A stretch of DNA of 63,057 nucleotides, counting the filler, from Octopus bimaculoides (Eukaryota), in the NCBI RefSeq assembly GCF_001194135.2. It is 5 parts of 5 records of this genome, joined end to end, with 100 filler letters (N's around TTAATTAATTAA, not from the genome) between each part and the next. Parts side by side here need not be neighbours in the genome. Positions count along the whole stretch, not along the records: positions 1 to 22,568 come from NC_068984.1; 4 more parts are not named here. One strand, written 5' to 3'. The notes beneath the pieces are model-generated. The model was given only the letters and a program-made list of their open reading frames with translations. It ran no database searches and was not told the origin of the DNA. The position numbers and the translations under genes were made by a program. Of the stretch, positions 1 to 10,944 are shown piece by piece (position 1 is the first letter of the stretch; each line of letters opens with the position of its first letter).

Positions 1-21
1 ATATATATATATATATATATA

Positions 22-258
22 TACTCTGCACATAGCATTTGAAAGAGATCGAAAGAGGTGGAAATCTATTGGTGCCAAATCAGTAGAGTACGGTGGGTGT
101 GGCAGCACTTCCCAGCCATGCATTTGAATGGCTTCCTTGGTCATATTGGTGATATGAGGGCAGGCGTTGTCGTGCAGCAGAAGAACTCCTTGCTGCCGAT
201 TAAGTCTTTTCTCTTGAATAGCCGTGTTGAGTCGTTTCATCTGTCTATAGTACTGTTC
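22..258 (-). mobile_element. Mariner (DD34D) transposase fragment, C-terminal catalytic part
   Basis: Minus-strand translation QYYRQMKRLNTAIQEKRLNRQQGVLLLHDNACPHITNMTKEAIQMHGWEVLPHPPYSTDLAPIDFHLFRSLSNAM contains the mariner HDNA-PH and YSPDLAP-D motifs; it abuts a (TA)n tract. Confidence 0.92.
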
Positions 259-685
259 TACCACCATGTTACTCTAGGTCTGGAAGGGACTTTGCACCAG
301 CCACAGATTTGGTCTGTGGCACTCAGCAAGCTGTCTCGCAAGAATTCTCAGTTGCTTTTTATGTTACAAGTCTGTAGTTCCTCCTCCCTCTCATCAAATT
401 TCTCAGTAAGGATATCCCTAAATCTCTAACCATGTAAAGGTTTCTTAAGCTCCCAAGTCCTTCTTTTCCAGATTAGTCTGCTTCTTGGCATCCTTCTGGC
501 TTGAAGTCTAAAGTCACCAATAACTGGCCTATGCTGGTTGGGGGTACATTCTTCACCAAGGAGGGTCTTTGTATTTAAGAGCAACCATGCATCCCGCTGT
601 CTGGTGAGAATGAAATCAGTCTGGCTAGCAGAGTCACCTGATTTATAGGTTATCAGATGGCTGGCTGGCTTCCTGAAGTTGGTGT
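255..685 (-). mobile_element. RTE-clade LINE fragment (end of AP endonuclease plus linker), decayed
   Basis: Minus frame HLITYKSGDSASQTDFILTR...EECTPNQHRPVIGDF...TWELK, then LLSATDQICGWCKVPSRPRVTWW*, resembling the RTE endonuclease end and the WW linker; contains stops. Confidence 0.8.
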
Positions 686-837
686 GGCAGATCAGGAAGC
701 CAGATATATACATATATAAACACACATATAAATATACGATGGGCTTCATTCAGTCTCCATCTACACAATGCTTTGGTTGGCCTGAGGCTATGGCAGAAGA
801 GACTGCACCTGATACCTTGCATTTGGTAAGCAAGCTT

Positions 838-1072
838 CTTATTTCTTTATTGCCCACAAGGGGTTTAACATAGAGGGGACAAACAAGGACAGCCAAGGGG
901 ATTAAGTCGATTACATCGACCCCAGTGTGTAACTGGTATTTTATTTATCGACCCTGAAAGGATGAAAGGCAAAGTCGACCTCGGTGGAATTTGAACTTAG
1001 AACGTAGTGGCAGACGAAATACCGCTAAGCACTTCGCCCAGCGCGCTAACGATTCTGCCAGCTCACCGCCTT
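838..1072 (-). mobile_element. tRNA-derived SINE, family A (GGCGGCGAGCTGGCAGAA head)
   Basis: Reverse complement has an A-box-like head and GTTCAAATTCC B-box; near-identical copy at 17025-17252. Confidence 0.85.
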
Positions 1073-2105
1073 TGTAAGCAAGCTTCTTACCACACAACCA
1101 CCCCTGTGTGTATACATACATATTTATAGACTTCCAATGTTTTCATCTACCAAATTCACTCACAACGCATTGGTTGACCCAAGGCAATATTAGAAGACAC
1201 CTGCTCAAAGTACTGAGCAGTGGGACTGAACTTGAAACCATGTGGCTGCAAGAAAACTTTGTAACCACACAATCCTCCCCACTACCAAAATAAAAATTAA
1301 TCAGTTATGTATTGAAACTTTCCCATGAAATCTTTCTGTCATAGTAATACCCAAGATGGTACACATTCCCAAATTTAAGTATAATGTAAACAAGCTCAAA
1401 CTTAGCGCCTCACAATCTGCAGAAAGAGTGAAAATAGCTGACAGAAACCTAATGAATTACAGCTTTGGTGTGGTGAAATTATCTTGATGGAAAACCGAAA
1501 GTAACACTTTTTGCTGGGTATCCCATTTCAGGTAAAGCTATATTTTATAAATCTAATTTGTTAGTGCTTGCAGATGAGGAATAACATGTAACATACATCT
1601 AATGGCAACAACCTATGTTAATTTTCATATATCAATTTTACTAATAATACTTTAAGGATTAGGGTTAGGTTTTCTTTTAGAGTGTTATTGAAAAAAGATA
1701 GCAAAAGAAAATGAAAACTGAAATATTTAGTATCTTAAGCATAAACTTTCTGTTATGCTTATAATGACTAGAACATTTGAGAGTAGACATCAAGAAACAA
1801 AAAGAAATCAGCAGTTACCAACACTTGACTGATATTTTATAAAACCAACAGGTAATGATTCACAAATCAAAACGGATCAACAAATTTCATAACAAACATA
1901 GACCAATGGCTTAGCTACTATGACAAAAGTCCAAAATCTCAACTAAAGGAAACAGGAAGTAACACAAATGGGAGATTGCATTACTTCCTGTATCCTTTAG
2001 CTGCTGAGACAAAATCTACAGCTGAAACAACAAAATTTCAAGAATCTTAATGATCTTGGTCATTGAGGCGTCTTAGCTAAGGATGAACCCATACTAGTGC
2101 TTTAA

Positions 2106-2324
2106 CCCTTTAACAATTAATCCAGCCATATTTAGCCCAAATATTCTACCTGTTTTATGTTCCAACTGTCCAGATCTGGCCCTCACATCAACCCTACAGC
2201 ATCAGTCTGAAAATAAGTAGTCACATCACTGAAATCTTGAAACTACAAGAGAAAGCATAATTGATTTTATAATATGTGAATAAATAAACTTTACATTTGA
2301 CAGAGTAATATGAATGCTAAAGGG
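2106..2324 (-). mobile_element. TTAA-specific (piggyBac-type) MITE, copy 1
   Basis: TTAA|CCCTT...AAGGG|TTAA; homologous to 2386-2636 and 8169-8389 in opposite orientation. Confidence 0.8.
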
Positions 2325-2385
2325 TTAAGGTTTTTTGAAGCATTGTCACTGGAATCACCTATATGAAACTCTAAACTGTCATTAA

Positions 2386-2474
2386 CCCTTTAGCATTCAG
2401 ATTACCCTATCAAATGTAATGCTTATTTATCAACATTGTTTTTAATTAATCATGCTTTGAGATTTCAATGATGT

Positions 2475-2507
<33 letters not shown>

Positions 2508-2517
2508 NNNNNNNNNN

Positions 2518-2549
<32 letters not shown>

Positions 2550-2636
2550 TTTGAATGATATTGTAGGGTAGATCTGAAAGTCTGGCTTTAGCCAGTTTGA
2601 ACATACAACAGCTAGAACATTTTGAATGCTAAAGGA
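2386..2636 (+). mobile_element. TTAA-specific (piggyBac-type) MITE, copy 2, with internal (TA)n and a small gap
   Basis: TTAA|CCCTTTAGCATTC...GAATGCTAAAGGA|TTAA terminal inverted repeats with TTAA on both sides. Confidence 0.8.
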
Positions 2637-2884
2637 TTAAAAAACATAGTTACCTTTTGTTCAAAGGGGCTTTTCCAGTCCAGTAAAGTTCATGGTAAAA
2701 TTGGGAATAGCTAGTAAATTTTCTAGTGTGTTTACTGCTTTGTCTGCAAGCTTCATTTAACATTAATTGCACCACTAGCTTCTGGTCCATTTTCTAATTG
2801 CTAACATTCTATTGCAAAGCTTTGCAGACATACTTGACAAGAAACCATAATTCAATCTTAGACTCCAGACAAGCAGAACAACAC

Positions 2885-3236
2885 TACAATGGAGACATGT
2901 GCTTGAGTATGCTGTTGCAATGATACACGTATTAGCAAAATGTGGTCTGCCTTTGAGGAAAGATAATGAAACTTTTGGACACAAAATAATTGTAGCTATC
3001 TGGGTCTGTTAGAATTCCTTGCTAAGTCTGATCGGTTTTCATTCTAACTACATAAAGCATATGCAAGTAGAGGAGCTGGGTTGTCATATTTGTCTAACTC
3101 AATACGTAAAGAAGTTATTCAGCTTATAGGTAATAGAATCAATTTTGTATAGTTTTAAAAAAGCAAGCTAATTCAGCATGTCTGTTGACTCAACTTTAGA
3201 TCTTTCCCACATGGATCAATTAACTGTTATAGTAAC
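2885..3236 (+). mobile_element. Decayed hAT transposase fragment (ZMYM1-like type)
   Basis: With two frameshifts: QWRHVLEYAVAMIHVLAKCGLPLRKDNETFG / NNCSYLGLLEFLAKSD...SYLSNSIRKEVIQLIG / FSMSVDSTLDLSHMDQLTVIV, following the hAT pattern LA-RGL-FRG...GNYLG...SYLS...FS-SVDST-D-SH-DQL. Confidence 0.85.
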
Positions 3237-4970
3237 TATGCTATGTATAATTCTTATATTAGACATTAACTAAATCATGTGGACTGTGCTGCAGAAAATT
3301 GGTGTTTAGAGGCAGTAAACTTCTTTTACTGTTGTCAAGAAAGTAACACTTCCTTTTCATTTTCTAAAAGGTGTGTCCATGTTTTTATCATTCTTGAATT
3401 GAAGACTCCAGAGAACCAAAGTATCAGTGTGAAACTAAGAGAGAAGTAAAAGCCAAAACTGTGTCCAGTAGTGTAACCAGGGGATTTAATGCCCAAGAGC
3501 GAAGATAATTTTAGTGACCCATCTTAATTAACAAGTGTGATGAGAGGAAATTTTGCATTCCTTCACACCTGTGCCTAGGGGCAACTGCTCTCTTTTTTCC
3601 TCTTTGCTACACATTTGGCTGTGTCTGTCTGCCATAAATAGGAACTCTAGGTCAACTATAGATGCTGTCATTTTCATTCTAACAAGAATAAAAAAGTGAC
3701 AGAATACAAGTTAGTACTCTTCAGAGAAAAATGGAGGAACTGGAGGTTGTTTTATGCTACAATTATGGATTTATTTGCTGGAGGAGCTACTTAAAAACTA
3801 GAAAGGCTCTTCATGATTCATAGATTGCACCTACGACAGGTATGTATCTGTACTCATCCCTTGTCCATTTTATAAAATGTTTTCAAGAAAACTCTGGTGA
3901 TATTGGAAAAGAAGTTAAATTCAAACTTCATAATGTTCATTTTCAGTTGATTTAAATACTTCAGATGTGCAACTATGTGGAGCAATAGAAACTTTTATAA
4001 AAGAACATCCAAAATGATGTTGATATTAACCATGTAGGTGAACTGACACACTTCCATTCTTACACCAAGTAGAACTATTAAGGAAAAGAACATATTACTA
4101 CAAAGATCTGCATCAAACCATTTTGTAAGATGATATTCATTTAGTTTTCCTTAAATGGAGACAATACAATGACTCTTCTTATGTAAACCTACACAGAGGA
4201 CATACAAACACAGAAAACTTGCTAATTTCTCCATAGATTGAAAACATGATGAACCACCTTAATTGATTTTTGACCATACTGATGGAGCAAGAAATTGTTC
4301 AGGAGAAAGATTATTTTTGCAGCTAAAGAGAATTCAACACAAACAGAAATCAACAGAATATTAAGAATGACTGTCTGCATTATGTACATAGAAAGCAATA
4401 AGCTGCCATTAAATTTACTTTTTATTTATTCCTTGAGGTGTCAAAATTTTCATCACACCATGCAACTGGGTCACCAATACAATGTGTTTTTAGATAACTA
4501 ACAGCTGAAAGAACAAAATTTCAAGAATCTCAGTGATCTTTGGTAATTGAAGTGTCTTAGCTAAGGAAGAACTCATACTGTTGCAGATCAAGTCATTTAC
4601 CAGACAAGTACAATTCCAAAAAATTAATTTAATTACCTTGCTTTTCAGAAACCAAGAAAGAAAATATCTAAAATTATTTAAGCTTTAATGTGCTATTAAA
4701 TAATTAAAAAGCATACATGTTGGCAATTTTTGTGAGACCTAGAGTAATTTTTTAACGAGAAACCTCCAAGCTTTTTACAGCTTAGATTCTTACTGAATCT
4801 AAATCCAGCACTGATAATATATCTAGAGCTACATTATTCAATATCTTTTACATTTTCTTGATGGTGATAGAGTATGAGTTGATAAAGATTTTGGTTATAT
4901 TTTCAGTCAGCAAGTAGTCCCATAAAGATTCAAACATCAGAGTGGTTTTGACTGTGATGGCTTTTACCAT

Positions 4971-5361
4971 TGTTGTTGTTGTTGGCACTCCGTCGCTTAT
5001 GACGTCGAGGGTTCCAGCTGATCCGATCAACAGAACAGCCTGCTCGTGAAATTAACGTGCAAGTGGCTGAGCACTCCACAGGCATGTGTACCCTTAACGT
5101 AGTTCTCGGGGATATTCAGCGTGACACAGTGTGACAAGGCTGACCCTTTGAATTACAGGCACAACAGAAACAGGAAGTAAGAGTGAGAGAAAGTTGTGGT
5201 GAAAGAGTACAGCAGGGTTCACCACCATCCCCTGCCGGAGCCTCACAGAGCTTTAGGTGTTTTCGCACAATAAACACTCACAACGCCTGGTCAGGGAATC
5301 GAAACTGCGATCCTATGACCGCGAGTTCGCTGCCCTAACCACTGGGCCATTGCGCCTCCAC
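4971..5361 (-). mobile_element. Full-length tRNA-derived SINE, family C, with (CAA)n tail and 13-bp TSD
   Basis: Head GGAGGCGCAATGGCCCAGTGGTTAGGGCAGCG...TTCGATTCCC on minus; TSD TGGCTTTTACCAT at 4958-4970 and 5362-5374; sister copy at 58892-59269. Confidence 0.92.
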
Positions 5362-5735
5362 TGGCTTTTACCATAGATATGCTCAATAAGGACTGACCTG
5401 GAGCTAAAGAGCAACAGCATCAAACTTGACATCCTAGCAATAGAATATAAGAGAGTCAATATGAATTGTTAGAAATAGTACTCCAATGTCCCTCAAAGTT
5501 ACACCCTATAATCTTAGAAAAGAAAGATACATTGGAATGTGTTATTATTTACTGGATTATTTGTGTCTAAAAAAGATAGGATGGCTACTGCTGGAATTCC
5601 TTTGATCACAGGTCTATTCAGTGAGGGCTGACCTGGGAGACAACAACGTCTGCATACCTGCTTCTTAAAGACTTCATAAATATATCTTCTCCAAAATACA
5701 AAATGAGTTTGATACAAAAAAAAAAAATCGCTTTA

Positions 5736-6052
5736 TCTATACTATATATAAAACAGAGGTGTGTGTGTAATCGCTTTTCACGTGAAAACGGCTTCACTAT
5801 TTACTTCCATACTTGTGATACATAAATAATTTGACCTCGGATAAATCTTAGGCTCTATCCCGGAAGTTGACATTGAGGAACCTTTTTAAAGAAGTGAATC
5901 TTAAATATAAAGCAATATTATTTATTTTTAATTAAAAAAATCAAATGAAGAGCCTAACATTTATTCGAGGTCAAATTATTCACGCATCACAAGTATGGAA
6001 GCATTTGGTGAAGTCGATTACACACACATCTCTGTTTTATATATAGTATAGA
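5736..6052. mobile_element. Fold-back element with ~110-bp imperfect terminal inverted repeats
   Basis: Both ends read TCTATACTATATATAAAACAGAG(G/A)TGTGTGTGTAATCG inward; the inner arms CTTCCATACTTGTGAT...TTTGACCTCG(G/A)ATAAAT(C/G)TTAGGCTCT also pair. Confidence 0.8.
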
Positions 6053-6934
6053 TTTACTCTCTCTCTCTCTCTCTCATACACACGCACACACACACACACA
6101 CACACAAAATGTATGCATATTTATGCATGTACATATACATGACAACAAACCTCTCTCTCTCTCTGTCACACACACACACTTCCATTTCATCTGATGTGTG
6201 ATACTCTGTGTGTGTGCGTGCGTGTGTGAGGGGTTCCACAATCGCAATTTATTTCAATTACTCTTGTGAGGATATTCACGTAAATCATTTTTTTCATTTA
6301 ATCCACATTTTAATTTTCATAAAAGTTTCCAAGTACCAATGAGGCTTTTTGGCGCATCTTCAATTTTCCAATTCATGAAGCAACAATTTCATTCCATTGC
6401 TCTGCTAGTGTGTTATAAATTACAGTTTGAAAAAAATATAAAAGAGGATATACTACTAAAAATCAAAACAAAAAATACTAAGTAACCTGAATGTTATGAT
6501 AAGTTGTAAAACCTGACAAAGACACATTGTTCTCCAAAAGCAGAATTATGTTGCTATCATTAAATCTAAATAGCATGATCTATAGTCGCCTTAGTAGATA
6601 AATAAATGAGATGAAAATATTGTTGGGTTTGGGAAGATTAAGTGGAGCCATAGTACAATTTATATCTATTTATTCTCCTGAGATATACTTTTCCTTGTAG
6701 TGTTAATAACCTTTTATTTTATTTATTTATTTATTTATTTATTCATTTATTCACTTATTTACTATATGAATACTAGTGCATGATCAGTTGTTTTATGTCT
6801 GGAATAAGAAATATTTTGCTTAATTGAAATTATATGAAAGAAAGAACAAAAGGTAAAACGATATTGAAATAAAGAAACATTTACCAGATCAAAATACATA
6901 TAAATAAATTTTTAACACCATCTACCTTCATATA

Positions 6935-7195
6935 GACAGACAGACAGACAAACAGGTAGGTAGGTAGGTAGGTAGGTAGGTAGGTAGGTAGGTAGGTAGG
7001 TAGGTAGGTAGGTAGGTAGGTAGCTAGCTAGCTAGGTAGACAGACAGACAGACAAAGTAGGCAGATATAGAGATAGGCAGACAGCTAGATGGATAGATAG
7101 ATAAATAGATAGATAGATATACAGGTAGGTAGATAGACGGACAGACAGATAGATAGATAGATAGATAGATATACAGGTAGACAGACAGGCACTAT
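6935..7195. repeat. Compound tetranucleotide microsatellite (GACA/TAGG/TAGC/TAGA)
   Basis: Directly visible; a similar compound array lies in reverse orientation at ~46820-47050. Confidence 0.95.
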
Positions 7196-7588
7196 CTTGA
7201 AAATTTTTAGTCAAATAAATTGACACAAGTACTTATTTTTTGTTTTTTTTAAGCCTGGCACTTATTCTATCGGTCACTTTTGTCAAACTGCCAAGTTATG
7301 GGAACAAACACAAACACACACACACACACACACATATACATACCACAGGCTTCTTTCAGTTTCACCACTACAAGCTCATAAAGTTTAAGTTGAAAACTGA
7401 ACCCGTAATGCTATGTTTTCATCATTGATTGTGTGAATTCTTAGAAAAAATACTTAGTGCTGCAGGAGCATCATTTTTGATCACTGTCAAGTCCAGGCAT
7501 GGTCAGATTACATGCATTCTATTTTTTACTGACAAAGTGGACTGTTTTTACAATAACAATAAAAGAGAGGGTCAAGATCATTAGGTAT

Positions 7589-7632
<44 letters not shown>

Positions 7633-7821
7633 TGCAGCAGTGATGGTGGCAGCAGCAACAGTAGTAGCGGTGGTGCAAATAGTTTGATTCTTGAAACATC
7701 ATTGCTAAACACTGTCAAATCCAAATTTGATAGAGCAAAAATGAATTCTTGCTTTTTCTTCTCTTCCTGATCAATCAATAACTGAGTTTTGGGATTTGCT
7801 TGTATTACACTGCTCTAAAGG

Positions 7822-8160
7822 GTAAAGACCCCCTTCAGTCATGAATGACCATGGGATCGCTCGTAGAAAGTTCCCCTCTAAGGCACAAGTCTGGGCAAGG
7901 TTGTTTATGGAAGACCAGCAGTCATTCATGTATACCAGCCTCCCCTCTCCATGCCACCGTTGTTATTCAAGGGAAAGGCAAAGGTCAATACAGCTTGGTA
8001 CCAGTGACATCGCAACTCATTTCTACAGCTGAGTGAACTGAAGTAACATGAAATAAAGTGTCTTGTTTGAGAACAACACACAGCCCAGTCCGGGAATCAA
8101 ACTCACTACCTCATGATTGTGAGCCCAATACTCTAACCATTGAGCTATGCACCTTCACAC
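7822..8160 (-). mobile_element. tRNA-derived SINE, family E
   Basis: Minus head GTGTGAAGGTGCATAGCTCAATGGTTAGAGTATTGGGCTCACAATCATGAGGTAGTGAGTTTGATTCCCGGA (tRNA-like A and B boxes), followed by a body of about 270 bp. Confidence 0.7.
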
Positions 8161-8689
8161 TGCTTTAACCCTTTAGTGTTCAGATTAATCTGTTAAATGT
8201 AATACTTTTTTCACTCAAATTGTTTTGAATTAATCATACATTATCTTACAGCTTTGAAGTTTTGATGGTGAGATAGTTTATTCTTAGAATGTCAATGTAG
8301 GTTAGGTGTGAGAGGCTAGATATGGCCAGTTTGAATGTAAATCATGTAGGATATTTGGGCCGGATATGGCTGGCTTAAACACCAAAGGGTTAAATCCACT
8401 TGAACTTATGGAAACATGACATGTCCAGCTAAAAAAAAATGTAATTAAAATAAATAATAATAAAGGGCAAATTCACTGACATAACCAATTTCAGATCTGT
8501 TTACATTATAAAATACATTTTAGATATAATGAAAACAGTCATAATTCAATCTCCTTTATCACATTGGGTCTCTTGCTCCTTTTCAGTGACTATCAGTAAA
8601 GCTTCTGTAGAACCAGATCTACTGGATAACTACTTTCTTACACTATATACTTTAGCAAATACTATGTTGTTATCTTTTACATCAAAGTC

Positions 8690-9330
8690 TTTATCATCAT
8701 CATCATTGTCATTTAACATTCACCTTCAATGTGGCATAAATTGGACAGTTTGGCAGGACTGGTAAGCCAGAGGATTGCACCAAGCTCTGTTGTCTGCTTT
8801 GGCATGGTTTCTAAGGCTGGATGCCCTTCCTAGTGCCAACCACTTTACAAATTGTGCTGGATGCTTTTTATGAGGCACCAGTAAGGTCACCACATAACTT
8901 ATAAGACAAGAGCCCTCAACTGAGGCGGGAGTAATAATGAGGGAGGCGGTGGCTTTGTGCCTGGTGATGAGAGGTTAAAGTATGATAGAGGGATAGGAAC
9001 AGGTGTCTCGCAGAGGGAGAAATGCATGGCTACCCTAGTTAGAAAAGGAGAGGAGAAGGAGAGAGAAAGGGGAGAGTGGAGAGGGAGAGAAAGAGGAGAG
9101 AGAGAAAGACAGACAGGCAGAGAAGGAAAGAGAAAGAAGGAGTGAAGATGGTGAAGATGTGTCAGGGTGTACTTTTAAGTTACATGGAGGGGTATTCAAG
9201 TGAGTGGTACAGAGGACTGGATAAGATGAGTTGGCAGTTAAGTTCATGAGAGCGCAAAAGGAGAGTGGAAGATGGTGGGGAAGGGAATACAGTGAGTGAA
9301 GGGAGGGGGAGTTAGAAAGAAGAGTTACAG
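8690..9330 (-). mobile_element. Degenerate RTE 3' region with GA-rich tract
   Basis: Starts with (CAT)n and GGATGCCCTTCCTAGTGCCAACCAC, as in the RTE 3' end at 9413-9653. Confidence 0.6.
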
Positions 9331-9412
9331 AGAAAGGTGTTTCTCATTACACTATTTCCATCACATGTATTAATAGAGTCTTCTCCAACTCACTATTAAC
9401 TTAGGTATGACT

Positions 9413-10361
9413 CATCATCATCATCATCATCATCATCGTTTAACGTCTGCTTTCCATGCTAGCATGGGTTGGACGATTTGACTGAGGACTGGTGAAACCG
9501 GATGGCAACACCAGGCTCCAGTCTGATTTGGCAGAGTTTCTACAGCTGGATGCCCTTCCTAACGCCAACCACTCAGAGAGTGTAGTGGGTGCTTTTACGT
9601 GTCACCCGCACGAAAACGGTCACGCTCGAAATGGTGTCTTTTATGTGCCACCCNNNNNNNNNNNNNNNNNNNNNNNNNNNNNNNNNNNNNNNNNNNNNNN
9701 NNNNNNNNNNNNNNNNNNNNNNNNNNNNNNNNNNNNNNNNNNNNNNNNNNNNNNNNNNNNNNNNNNNNNNNNNNNNNNNNNNNNNNNNNNNNNNNNNNNN
9801 NNNNNNNNNNNNNNNNNNNNNNNNNNNNNNNNNNNNNNNNNNNNNNNNNNNNNNNNNNNNNNNNNNNNNNNNNNNNNNNNNNNNNNNNNNNNNNNNNNNN
9901 NNNNNNNNNNNNNNNNNNNNNNNNNNNNNNNNNNNNNNNNNNNNNNNNNNNNNNNNCTCACCACATGTCCATACCAGCGCAATCGTCTCTCTTGCACGCC
10001 ACAACTGATGCTTCTAATGTTCAGCTTTTCTCTCAAGATACTTACACTCTGACGGGTATTCACATTGACATTACACATCCAACGGAGCATACTGGCTTCA
10101 TTCCTTGCGAGCTTACGTATGTCCTCAGCAGTTACAGCCCATGTTTCACTGCCATGTAGCATGGTTGTTCGTACGCATGCGTCATACAGTCTGCCTTTTA
10201 CTCTGAGTGAGAGTCCCTTTGTCGCCAGCAGGGGTAAGAGCTCTCTAAACTTTGCCCAGGCTATTCTTATTCTAGCAGCTACACTTTCAGCGCACCCACC
10301 CCCACTACTAACTTGGTCGCCCAGATAGCGGAAGCTATCGACTACCTCTAGTTTTTCACCC
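9413..10361 (-). mobile_element. 5'-truncated RTE-clade LINE (RT thumb, 3' UTR, (GAT)n tail), spanning a gap
   Basis: Uninterrupted frame GEKLEVVDSFRYLGDQVSSGGGCAESVAARIRIAWAKFRELLPLL...LYDACVRTTMLHGSETW...RRLRWYGHVV; tail is (CAT)n on plus at 9413-9436. Confidence 0.92.
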
Positions 10362-10909
10362 TGAAATTATATTCTCCATATTTCTCCTTTATAAAAACAG
10401 CTTACCTGCAAACACCTGTGCAAATGACACTATCCTTCACTATTTAATAGACATTCACATCCATGTAGACACATCACACCAAGTATGCTCTACTTCCATG
10501 AACAAAAACTTTGAAAACATTCTCAATGAAAACAACAATACAGACCCCTTCAAAAAGACCAAAAAACAGTCACTACATTTATCAGAGAAACATACATTAC
10601 AAATAAAATGGTTACAAACTTACAGATGGGCTTCACAATCTTTGATGATCATTCATAGCAACTGTCAACATCATCCTCATCATTATTTTCATGTCCACTT
10701 TTCCATGCTTGCATGATTGGACGGAATTTGTCAAAGTAGATCTTCTACAACCTGATATCCTATCTGTTGCCTACCCTCACTCGTTTCTAAGGAAGCTAAT
10801 ATTTCCCCATAACCAGATATGTTTTTAAAGAATACTGGAAACAAAGGCCACTGCTTGCATTACTGGGACACTTGCTTACAACTATTACGCAACGTTAAGG
10901 CAAAGAAAC

Positions 10910-10944
<35 letters not shown>

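Noticed and set aside
58-429. 123-aa plus-strand ORF
   Set aside because: Antisense shadow of the mariner and RTE fragments.
2651-2793. Minus-strand exon MDQKLVV...PLNK with AAG|gtaact donor
   Set aside because: Weak acceptor, directly adjacent to the plus-strand hAT relic, no recognisable product.
9492-10162. Long ORFs with X runs in the ORF track
   Set aside because: Produced by reading through N gaps; only the RTE portion is real.
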